From positions 42,309 through 106,308 of the IMG/VR virus record IMGVR_UViG_3300032290_001460: a stretch of DNA of 64,000 nt. One strand, 5' to 3'. The stretch is from a virus. Taxonomy: Duplodnaviria; Caudoviricetes. The translations under genes and the position numbers were made by a program. This document shows positions 53,096 to 61,267 of the stretch, one piece after another (position 1 is the stretch's first letter; every line of letters starts with the position of its first letter). The notes beneath the pieces are model-generated. The model had not been told where the DNA came from, ran no database searches, and saw only the letters and a program-made list of their open reading frames with translations.

Positions 53096-53127
53096 AGTAA
53101 ACATTTAGTATTTTAAGATTTGAGACT

Positions 53128-53304
53128 ATGGGACGCCATACATTTAAAGACGATGATAATGATTTCGATTGGGAAGAAATCGAAAAAGTTACAAAAAATT
53201 ACAAGGGCTCTGCAGACGATTTGGAAGACATACTCATTGATGAGGCTTACCAAAAACGTAAGAAGAAAAAGAAGCCAGGGCGCTTCACCGACGAAGAAGG
53301 TTGA
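53128..53304 (+). CDS. Small hypothetical protein (58 aa), not in the ORF track
   Basis: MGRHTFKDDDNDFDWEEIEKVTKNYKGSADDLEDILIDEAYQKRKKKKKPGRFTDEEG. The stop overlaps the next start. Confidence 0.6.
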   Translation: MGRHTFKDDDNDFDWEEIEKVTKNYKGSADDLEDILIDEAYQKRKKKKKPGRFTDEEG

Positions 53305-56300
53305 CCGTGAAGTTTGATTCAATAGATAAAATTCAGGTTGTTGAAACTGAAGGTAAGGCTGCCCCAGTTTGTCCACCAGCAACACAGGATATTGGATTAA
53401 ATATTAAAAATCGCCAGAACGCGATTGACACCGCTGGTTATGGCCCCCTAAATCCTGCCGAACCGAACGATGAGTTCTGGGAGAAAAAAGGTGACCGCTG
53501 GAGTGTCTCCATTGAAGAGGCTAAAAAGCAGGTTTGTGGCAACTGTATTCTTTTTGTTCGCTCTCCACGCATTTTAGACTGCATTGAGGGCGCCCTGGGT
53601 AATGAAGCCGGCAATACGGCAATGGATATTGTTGAAGCAGGCGAAATCGGGTACTGTGAAGCGTTCGACTTCAAGTGTCACTCTGCGCGTACTTGTGATG
53701 CATGGGTTGTTGGTGGTCCGACTGTCACCGATGGAAAAGCCAATGATGAGGACGAGGAAGACAAAGAAGAGACTAAAGACGTTTTCGGGTCTATGCCGAG
53801 TGGTAATCCCGGAACATTTGGTTCAGTGGAACGAGATGGAACCGTAGGTAAGCCGCCGTTTCGTGATGACAATGAAAAGAAAGCATATTCTTTCATCGAC
53901 TCCATGGATGATGATGAATTGGAAAAGACGTTCCCTATTGATGACGAGATAGCCGTTGAAGAAGTTAAGGGGATGTTCGGGGTTTCGACAGGTTTCATAT
54001 TAGGAACCCTGAATGAGCGACGCAAGAACAAGAAAAAGAAAAAGTTAGAGGAATTAGAAGGAAAAGAAAATTCCTTGTCTTTGCTAGAAATGAAGGAAGC
54101 AGAATTCAATAGTTATATTGACTCATTGGATGATGATGAATTTGACATCATGTTCCCTGACGATTCTGACGAAACAATTAATGATGCAAAATGGCTATTT
54201 GATACCGCTGGTGGTTTTATACGGAGGGGCATTACCGGTCGTCGCAAGAAAATAAGAAAGACAGATGAGCAGTTCTCTATCAAGGGTGCAGGTAATCGTG
54301 AATCAAGCGACTCCAAAGGTGGTCTATGTTGGGACGGTTACAAGCAAGTCGGTATGAAGAAGGGCAAGAACGGTCGAATGGTTCCTAATTGTGTTCCAAT
54401 TTCGCCAGAAGAGAAATCGGCAAGCAAGCCCGTTCTTCGTGACCCCAAGGGTGGTCTTACTGCTGCTGGCCGCAAGTATTTTAAGAATAAAGAAGGCGCC
54501 GACCTTAAGCCCGGAGTCAAGGGACCCGCTGATACTCCTGACAAAATGCGCCGTAAGGGTTCTTTTCTTGTGCGCTTCTTCACCACTCTTTCTGGCCCCC
54601 TAAAAGATGAGAATGGGCGGCCTACGCGTCTTGCTCTTTCTGCTGCGGCGTGGGGAGAGCCTGTCCCACAGACTGCAGTTGCCGCCAAGAAACTTGCTGC
54701 CAAGGGTCAACGACTTCTTGAGAGATATCGTAAATTGCAGGATAAGCAAAAGAAAAAAGAATACGATAATTCTATTATTGAAGAAAAATCTCTTACAGTT
54801 GATGAAATTGATTCAAAAAATTTCATTACTCCTAGTTTCAGAAATGCGGGATATAGAGAAGCAATCAATGGGGCTAAACCGATTGTAGAAAAAACTGCAA
54901 AAATATATGTCAAAATTGATAATTCTGATGATGTTTCTAAAGTTATTAATACAAAGGTCGATGGGGCAGGCGAGCCCGAAAACAAAAAAAAAATAGTTGA
55001 GTTAGAGTTTCTTTCCGTTAAGGAACTTGGTGCAACGATTTCTTCTAACGGGAAAAAACCTTCGACAACACAAAAGCCGGCCAAGTCCAACACTCGCACC
55101 ATTGGTGGAGGTTCATCATCTAGCGGCGGCTCGTCTGGTGAAAGGTATGACCCGAAAGCAGTAGACCGCGATGGCGATGGAAGCGTTCAAGAAGGAACTG
55201 ATTTCATGCGACCCGCACAGTCCCCTAAAAAAGATGAGGGGAACAAAACGAAGCCAAGAAGAACTGCCGACAACTTGGAACGAGCAATGGAATCTGTCAA
55301 CTGGGAAGACTTCAGTAAATTAGTTGCATCAGAAGCAAGAAAATTAAAACCAGGTCAAGCGACCAATTGGAATGCCGGCATTCTGCCGAATGGCATCATT
55401 GATACTGACGGTAGATTTATTCCAGCGCCAATTGAACCTGGGAACATTGATTTATCAAACAGAGAGCCGATACGTCTAGATGATGGTTCCATGGCTACTG
55501 TACGTAGTATTTCCGGAGTTGTTGATGGTAAAGAAGTATTAATACCTACAATAGGACCTAATGGTGAAAACTGGAATCCCGATACTGAAGAAGGAAGAAA
55601 TGCTGCTTGGAATGAGTATTTTGAAACAGGAAAAAATTTAGGAACGTTTAATAACGCCGAAGAGGCTAATGTTTTTGCGGAATGGCTGCATCGACAAGAA
55701 GAGTCAAGAGTTAAAGATAAGCCAACCCCGACGCCTACCACTCCTACTCCCAAGCCTCCTGTGCCCACACCTCCAACCCCACCCGCACCTACAGTGCCGC
55801 CGACGCCTACTCCTAAGCCCACTACTCCCACGCCTGGTCCAACGCCACCGACAGCACCGCCTGTCCCTGGTCCAACGCCACCGACAGCACCGCCTGTTAA
55901 GCCTGCACCAAAACCTCCCGTAGGACCCAAAGAACGTGGAGAAGGCGCTACGCCCAAGCCGCAGGCTCCTTCAGATACGCCTACTGAAGGACGGGGTGGG
56001 CCCTCAAAGCCTGACAAGCCGAGCGTTCTACTTCCACCCGTTTCTAGTCCTCCCCCAACAACGCAGCCGGGAATTCAGTTTAACCCACCCACAACAACCA
56101 CTCCACCCACAACAACCACTCCACCAGCGACTACAACGCCGCCTACGACTACACCAGCAAAACCAGTTACACCCGTTGGTCCAAAGGAAAGAGGAGAAGG
56201 TGACATTCCTCCACGTCTTGGGCCTGCACCAGTTGGCCCCACAACAACTGCCCCACCAAAAGTAGGACCAGCCACCCCTCCAATTAATCCACCCACAACA

Positions 56301-57608
56301 ACAAAACCTCCCACTACAACTAAGCCACCGACTACAACTCCACCGACTACAACTAAGCCACCGACTACTCCAATTCCTAAAGAGAGCACGGTAGATGTTG
56401 ACGCTATTAACGAGTATGTACGTTCGCGTATTGATGCCGCCAAAGAATCTGCAGACAAAGCAAAAGAAAAAAATGATGAGCGGAGACGAGAACAGGGTGC
56501 CAGGCGAGCAGGCATGTACGAAGAAGCAAAACGCCGACGTAGTGGCAGTGATGGCGAATCTACTAATTCAAACAACGATAATGAGACAGATATCGGCGAG
56601 CCATTATTCCCTCCAGAAACTACTCCAACTCCACCAACAGAAGGAGCGGGGGATACTGATAGCCAATTCGTACGTGGCTCTTATGACGTTGATAGTGATT
56701 TCTTGAATCAGAACTCATGGAATTTATGGAAGAACCCTGAATTTGATTCTTTAAAGGAAGGGCAATCAATGCTCCTTACTGATATCCCTGATGCGCGGGG
56801 AGTAGGAGATATGGAATTTGCTATTGCAGTAAAAATTAACGACACAATAGTCTTGCAAGAATTAGATAAGAAGTCATATTCAAAAATTGAGAATGACAGC
56901 AAAGATAAAATTAGTGACGCGACATTTAAATCATCAGAAACATACAAGATAATGGCAGAGGCAGCAAGTGGTTTTGATATGATAAAGGCCACTTTCCCAG
57001 ATGTTGAAAAAGTATTGGAACAGATAACAATTTCTAACGACCCTGCATTGGATGATGCGGAGCGAAATGATGGTTTTATAACTTGGGGTTCAGCGTTAAG
57101 TCCAGGAAATACCTATACTTTGTATCCGGCTGGAGTAAGAGGTACTTCTGCCTCGGGAGCGTTAGAGAGAACTGTTGCTCACGAGATTGCCCACCTCTAT
57201 CAGAATAACAGTATCTATTCATTTGACCGAGATTTGTCAATGAGTTGGGAAGAAGTCCAATCACGAGATGCTGAGATATCACGAAAATTTGCTGATGAAA
57301 ATGGATTCAGAATATACGATATTCCACAAGGGGAATATCATGCCCCCGATATAGGAAGTATTGGAATAACTGATTACGGCGATACGATGATTGAAGAAGA
57401 CTGGGCTGAATCGTTCATGTATTACTGTATTTCAAAACAGGAAGGCGGAATAGGGACTGATGATAACGGCAATGTAGTTACATTCGAAGACCTATATCCC
57501 AATAGAGCCAAGATGATTAATGAGTGGATGGATACATGGAAAAAAGATAATGAAAGTCCAGGTGTAGATGCAATTACAGATGCACTCACAGATGCATTTA
57601 CATTATAA
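53301..57608 (+). CDS. 1435-aa multi-domain head-associated protein: Cys-rich N-terminal domain, CWDGY motif, DUF6321-like domain, DxDxDG tag, Pro/Thr linker, C-terminal lethal-factor-like zincin
   Basis: Motifs CPPATQD...CGNC...GYCEAFDFKCHSARTCDAW, CWDGYKQVGMK...VPNCVP and DPKGGLTAAGRKYF...RRKGSFLVRF. YDPKAVDRDGDGSVQEGTDFMRP at 55146. HEIAH at 57180 followed by ITDYGDTMIEEDWAES. Confidence 0.82.
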   Translation: MTVKFDSIDKIQVVETEGKAAPVCPPATQDIGLNIKNRQNAIDTAGYGPLNPAEPNDEFWEKKGDRWSVSIEEAKKQVCGNCILFVRSPRILDCIEGALGNEAGNTAMDIVEAGEIGYCEAFDFKCHSARTCDAWVVGGPTVTDGKANDEDEEDKEETKDVFGSMPSGNPGTFGSVERDGTVGKPPFRDDNEKKAYSFIDSMDDDELEKTFPIDDEIAVEEVKGMFGVSTGFILGTLNERRKNKKKKKLEELEGKENSLSLLEMKEAEFNSYIDSLDDDEFDIMFPDDSDETINDAKWLFDTAGGFIRRGITGRRKKIRKTDEQFSIKGAGNRESSDSKGGLCWDGYKQVGMKKGKNGRMVPNCVPISPEEKSASKPVLRDPKGGLTAAGRKYFKNKEGADLKPGVKGPADTPDKMRRKGSFLVRFFTTLSGPLKDENGRPTRLALSAAAWGEPVPQTAVAAKKLAAKGQRLLERYRKLQDKQKKKEYDNSIIEEKSLTVDEIDSKNFITPSFRNAGYREAINGAKPIVEKTAKIYVKIDNSDDVSKVINTKVDGAGEPENKKKIVELEFLSVKELGATISSNGKKPSTTQKPAKSNTRTIGGGSSSSGGSSGERYDPKAVDRDGDGSVQEGTDFMRPAQSPKKDEGNKTKPRRTADNLERAMESVNWEDFSKLVASEARKLKPGQATNWNAGILPNGIIDTDGRFIPAPIEPGNIDLSNREPIRLDDGSMATVRSISGVVDGKEVLIPTIGPNGENWNPDTEEGRNAAWNEYFETGKNLGTFNNAEEANVFAEWLHRQEESRVKDKPTPTPTTPTPKPPVPTPPTPPAPTVPPTPTPKPTTPTPGPTPPTAPPVPGPTPPTAPPVKPAPKPPVGPKERGEGATPKPQAPSDTPTEGRGGPSKPDKPSVLLPPVSSPPPTTQPGIQFNPPTTTTPPTTTTPPATTTPPTTTPAKPVTPVGPKERGEGDIPPRLGPAPVGPTTTAPPKVGPATPPINPPTTTKPPTTTKPPTTTPPTTTKPPTTPIPKESTVDVDAINEYVRSRIDAAKESADKAKEKNDERRREQGARRAGMYEEAKRRRSGSDGESTNSNNDNETDIGEPLFPPETTPTPPTEGAGDTDSQFVRGSYDVDSDFLNQNSWNLWKNPEFDSLKEGQSMLLTDIPDARGVGDMEFAIAVKINDTIVLQELDKKSYSKIENDSKDKISDATFKSSETYKIMAEAASGFDMIKATFPDVEKVLEQITISNDPALDDAERNDGFITWGSALSPGNTYTLYPAGVRGTSASGALERTVAHEIAHLYQNNSIYSFDRDLSMSWEEVQSRDAEISRKFADENGFRIYDIPQGEYHAPDIGSIGITDYGDTMIEEDWAESFMYYCISKQEGGIGTDDNGNVVTFEDLYPNRAKMINEWMDTWKKDNESPGVDAITDALTDAFTL
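55720..56378 (+). repeat. Pro/Thr-rich low-complexity coding repeats
   Basis: PTPTTPTPKPP, PGPTPPTAPPV x2, PPTTTT and PPTTTK units, PVGPKERGEG x2. Confidence 0.85.
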
Positions 57609-57661
57609 GACCCACACCCCAATAGGGTCGCGATGATTAACGAGTGAATGGAAAGACAATA

Positions 57662-57841
57662 ATGGCTGAGAAAAAAGAAAAACTTATTTATGGAATATAC
57701 TTTGATGCACGAGGAAACGAAGTAACTGCTGATGACCCGAATGCTGTTTCTGGTGAAGAACTTGTGAAACTTCCTAGTGGTGAGAATCTTCGTAGGTATC
57801 TGACTAAACCACAAAATAATAAACGAGTGGATGGAAAGTAA
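57662..57841 (+). CDS. Small protein, paralog family with 51340-51516 and 57850-58038
   Basis: MAEKKEKLIYGIYFDARGNEVTADDPNAVSGEELVKLPSGENLRRYL (ORF track starts at the GTG at 57644). Confidence 0.68.
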   Translation: MAEKKEKLIYGIYFDARGNEVTADDPNAVSGEELVKLPSGENLRRYLTKPQNNKRVDGK

Positions 57842-57849
57842 GAACTGAT

Positions 57850-58038
57850 ATGAATTCGAGAGACAATACCGGAATTAATAAACAAAAACCTAAAGTAATT
57901 TTTGAAGCATACTTTGATAGCGACGGCGATGAAGTAACTGAAAAAGACGATTACATCAGAGGTGAACGACACGTAGATTTTGGTGATGGAAAAATTGCCA
58001 GAATGTACTTAGGACCAAAGGAAAAGACGGATGATTAA
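57850..58038 (+). CDS. Small protein, paralog family with 51340-51516 and 57662-57841
   Basis: IFEAYFDSDGDEVTEKDDYIRGERHVDFGDGKIARMYLG. Confidence 0.68.
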   Translation: MNSRDNTGINKQKPKVIFEAYFDSDGDEVTEKDDYIRGERHVDFGDGKIARMYLGPKEKTDD

Positions 58039-58435
58039 CCCATACTGGTACACAGGAAAAGTTCTTAACGTTATTGATGGTGACACCGTTGACTTAATGG
58101 TTGACCTTGGATTCAGCGTCCACCATAAAATTAGAGTCAGACTATACGGTATCAATACCCCGGAGTCACGCACCAAGGATGCCACCGAGAAGGCAATGGG
58201 ACTAAAGGCTAAGGAATTCACAAAAGATTGGTTCCATAACCACGAAAGTGTTTTCATCAAAACCATCGTTGATAAAAACGAAAAGTACGGTCGTGTACTC
58301 GCAGAACTCTACTCATCGGGCGATATTGATGCCCCAACAACGGCATGTCTCAATAAAGACATCGTCAGCGCAGGATACGCACGCGAATACTTTGGTGTTG
58401 GCGATAAAACATGGACTGAATTCAAAACTAAATAA
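58031..58435 (+). CDS. Thermonuclease (staphylococcal nuclease-like) family protein
   Basis: VIDGDTVD...RVRLYGINTPESR...KYGRVLA. Confidence 0.92.
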   Translation: MINPYWYTGKVLNVIDGDTVDLMVDLGFSVHHKIRVRLYGINTPESRTKDATEKAMGLKAKEFTKDWFHNHESVFIKTIVDKNEKYGRVLAELYSSGDIDAPTTACLNKDIVSAGYAREYFGVGDKTWTEFKTK

Positions 58436-58477
58436 AAGTTTGAGTTAACCGAGACTTACTTACTGGAGGAAAATAAA

Positions 58478-59185
58478 ATGGCAGCACAAAAAGGTATCGG
58501 AGTTGTTTTTCATTGCTCAGACTGTGACCCCTATGAAGTACGGTCTTACGGTTGGGGTGGTGAATGGCCAGGTTCGGACTGTGGCTATCACGCACTTACC
58601 GAAAACGCCAGAAAGTACATCCACGCTCATCCTGAAGAGAACCACACGTTTGAAGACATGGTTGCCATGGAGGTGGGAGACGAAGTACTACCAGTACTCA
58701 TTGATTTGGGAAACAAAATAGAATCAGGCTATGAAATAGTAAAAGATGGCGTAATCGATGCCTACCATTGGGTGGACGAAAACGGTTGCAACATAGCAGT
58801 GACTGCAGCAATCTCGGCTGGGGTTGTTGCCTATTTTACGCCAGCACAACCCGCAGGTGCAGCAACATCAACCACTCTATCAATTATGGCACAGCCGCTT
58901 CTTTATGTTGCAGATATGGCAACCAAGGCCGTGGCAGTAGCGGCAATGAGCGAAATCATAACGGAAGGATTTTTACTAATACCATTCGTCAGTGAGAGCA
59001 TTGACCACACGCTATTAAAAAACATAATCTCAAACTGTTTAGCCAAAAGTTTAGATTCAGCAGCATTGTGGGCAACGCCAGCGGGTGTTGGTATTGCAAT
59101 CGGAGCAGCAGTTGCACCTGTTATCGCAGATTTGATATGCAAAAAAACTTGTCCTGAAGGATTTACTAAAGCGTTTAATGCGTAA
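58478..59185 (+). CDS. Hypothetical protein with a hydrophobic Ala-rich C-terminal half
   Basis: GGAGGA RBS. Cys/His-containing N-terminus and several hydrophobic stretches. Confidence 0.7.
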   Translation: MAAQKGIGVVFHCSDCDPYEVRSYGWGGEWPGSDCGYHALTENARKYIHAHPEENHTFEDMVAMEVGDEVLPVLIDLGNKIESGYEIVKDGVIDAYHWVDENGCNIAVTAAISAGVVAYFTPAQPAGAATSTTLSIMAQPLLYVADMATKAVAVAAMSEIITEGFLLIPFVSESIDHTLLKNIISNCLAKSLDSAALWATPAGVGIAIGAAVAPVIADLICKKTCPEGFTKAFNA

Positions 59186-59206
59186 TGCAGAATACGGAGC
59201 CTGTAA

Positions 59207-59452
59207 ATGAAAGTTTGGATTGACCAAGATTTATGTACCGGAGATGGTTTATGCGCGGAGATAGCCCCAGATGTATTCGTAATGATGTCGGATGGTCTTG
59301 CCTATGTGCAAGAGAGCGGAAAGATTTATGCGGCAGCAGCGGGCAATTTAGAGGGTTCCGCTGGCCTGGCTTCTTTCTCAGACGACAGAATAGATGATGT
59401 TGTTGAGGCTGCCGACGATTGTCCTGGGGAATGCATTTTTATAGAACCCTAG
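59207..59452 (+). CDS. Single-cluster ferredoxin
   Basis: MKVWIDQDLCTGDGLCAEIAPDVF...AADDCPGECI (CxxDxxC...CP). Confidence 0.92.
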   Translation: MKVWIDQDLCTGDGLCAEIAPDVFVMMSDGLAYVQESGKIYAAAAGNLEGSAGLASFSDDRIDDVVEAADDCPGECIFIEP

Positions 59453-59492
59453 TTATTCTTGTATTGCGTTGATAATTCAGAAATAAGCCGCT

Positions 59493-59726
59493 ATGTTGGT
59501 CACCATGACCAGCAGAGACACCCACGACATCCTCGCTTACGAACAAGAACAACAAAACAGCGGAATCAACATTCAAATCAACACCCTTATTGATGCGATG
59601 ATTGATGCAGAGAAATGCTTGTTTCATAACAGCGACGCAAACCTTATGACAAACTCCCTTGATAACCCCATCGTCGCAAGTGCAGTCCCATTCATCTGGC
59701 GTGGATGCCATCCCATTACGTCATAA
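59493..59726 (+). CDS. Hypothetical protein (77 aa)
   Basis: Last + strand ORF before the convergent block. The start may be 59505. Confidence 0.5.
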   Translation: MLVTMTSRDTHDILAYEQEQQNSGINIQINTLIDAMIDAEKCLFHNSDANLMTNSLDNPIVASAVPFIWRGCHPITS

Positions 59727-59757
59727 CATACTGCTCAATAAGATTTTCTATAGAGCC

Positions 59758-60240
59758 TTAGTCATTGGTCGTTTTATATTTATTTCTTCTGCGTATATTA
59801 ATTTTATTTCTATTGTTTTTATGATACTCATTACTTGCTTTATTAGAACAATATTTGCACACCCTATGTCCACTGCTCCTATGATAAGTATTTTCAATGG
59901 AGTATTCGCGTGAACATGTTCCACAATGTGTTTTTACTTGATTTCGATGTCTTTTTTTCCCAATCATGTCATCGACATTTCCTTGATTATCAGAAACAAA
60001 TAAATGACTTGGATTTACACATGATGGATTATCGCATGAATGGCAAACAAAAATATCACTGAATATTTCCCCATTAAGTAATGACCATGAGATACGAGAT
60101 GCCGTGACTGTCTTACCATTTAATTTAAAATTACCGTATCCACGAGAATTTTTTCCAGCAATCCATTCCCAGCATTCACTTTCTGTTTTTTTATCTACTT
60201 TTGCCCAAAATCTTTTTAGTTGTTCATCTGTAAGTTTCAT
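59758..60240 (-). CDS. HNH homing endonuclease-like protein
   Basis: RFWAKV...CWEW...GYGNF...VCHSCDNPSCVNPSHLF...N, plus a C-terminal THC...RVCKYC zinc finger. Confidence 0.9.
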   Translation of the reverse strand: MKLTDEQLKRFWAKVDKKTESECWEWIAGKNSRGYGNFKLNGKTVTASRISWSLLNGEIFSDIFVCHSCDNPSCVNPSHLFVSDNQGNVDDMIGKKRHRNQVKTHCGTCSREYSIENTYHRSSGHRVCKYCSNKASNEYHKNNRNKINIRRRNKYKTTND

Positions 60241-60731
60241 TTGATTTCTTTAGTGTCCGTGTGGAAACTTTCTGTTGTGTGAATTTTAATTTTTTTAAAA
60301 ATTCTACGTTTTCTTTCAGCATCACGTTTGCAAGACCTACAAACACGAGTAATCCCGCGGCCTTTTCGATCCCGAAGAAATGTATTTTCTTGATTAAACT
60401 CATGCCCATTTTTACAATGTGTTTTTGACTGTTCAAAATGACGCATTTCACGAACGGATTGCTTCATATTGTCACTGCTTGTTCCGGCGTAAAGGTGATT
60501 TGGGTTTATGCAGGGAGGGTTATTGCAGGTGTGGCAAATCATGAGTCCGTCAGGGATTTCACCTTTGTGCATGATGTAACTGATTCTGTGTGTTGATTTG
60601 GCAATTTTATTCACACCGAACTGCCCGTAACCTCTAGTGCTTATCGCTCCGGTCCATTCCCAGCATCCATTGTCCGTTTCTTTATTTACTTTTGCCCAAA
60701 AGCGTTTTAATTGTTCTTCTGCAAGTTCCAT
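60237..60731 (-). CDS. HNH homing endonuclease-like protein
   Basis: RFWAKV...CWEW...GYGQF...HRISY...ICHTCNNPPCINPNHL...THCKNGHEF...CRSC. Start chosen to match the adjacent paralog (ORF track starts at 60779). Confidence 0.9.
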   Translation of the reverse strand: MELAEEQLKRFWAKVNKETDNGCWEWTGAISTRGYGQFGVNKIAKSTHRISYIMHKGEIPDGLMICHTCNNPPCINPNHLYAGTSSDNMKQSVREMRHFEQSKTHCKNGHEFNQENTFLRDRKGRGITRVCRSCKRDAERKRRIFKKIKIHTTESFHTDTKEIK

Positions 60732-60760
60732 GTTTCCCTTTATGGTGTTTTTGTAAAATG

Positions 60761-61267
60761 CTATTTGTGTGCGCTCCAACGAACATCATTATTGATTGTG
60801 TTTACTATGACGTTTTTGAAATTGTTTCTTTCTAGAGTCCATCGCATATCGCGGGCACCGATATTTGCATAGTATTCCCAATCACGAATTGGGTTTTCGT
60901 CAATTGCCGAGTGAGGGAATCTGCCTTCGCCTGCAGCGGTGCCAATAAAAATTCCGCCTGGTTTCAGGTTTTTGTAAGTCATTTCTACGATTCTTCGCCA
61001 CTCTTGAGCATGTTCAAAAACTTCGCAGCAAACAACTATGTCTACTGGTTCTGGGGCTAACCAATATGCGGAATCTGCTATTAGGTCAACTCCAGGACCT
61101 GTTTGCATATCAACACCACAATAGTTTTTGGCATCAGCAAAAATTATTCTGATAGTGCCGTTAATGTTGAGGCTGCCAATTTCGATAACTTCATAGTTGT
61201 CGTTTGGGTGAATTTCTCTCCATTTTCTGAATGAACTTTCTACCCATTCAAACACTTCAGCGTGCAT
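60761..61267 (-). CDS. Class I SAM-dependent methyltransferase
   Basis: VIEIGSLNINGT...GVDMQTGPGVD...DIVVCCEVFEH...LKPGG. Confidence 0.85.
   Translation of the reverse strand: MHAEVFEWVESSFRKWREIHPNDNYEVIEIGSLNINGTIRIIFADAKNYCGVDMQTGPGVDLIADSAYWLAPEPVDIVVCCEVFEHAQEWRRIVEMTYKNLKPGGIFIGTAAGEGRFPHSAIDENPIRDWEYYANIGARDMRWTLERNNFKNVIVNTINNDVRWSAHK

Noticed and set aside
53012-53127. Possible tRNA or other ncRNA after the capsid gene
   Set aside because: It is a single extended hairpin with no cloverleaf or T-loop consensus, so I treated it as a terminator.
51266-53317. ORF-track calls 51266-51454 and 53120-53317
   Set aside because: Overlapping ORFs in other frames (51340-51516 and 53128-53304) have ATG starts and more protein-like sequence. 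The first also has an RBS and paralogs.
210-57972. Numerous 60-220 aa ORFs on the - strand or in alternative frames inside the long + strand genes
   Set aside because: They are shadows of the real coding strand (Ser/Leu/Phe-rich antisense translations, mirror images of Pro-rich tracts), with no recognisable motifs.
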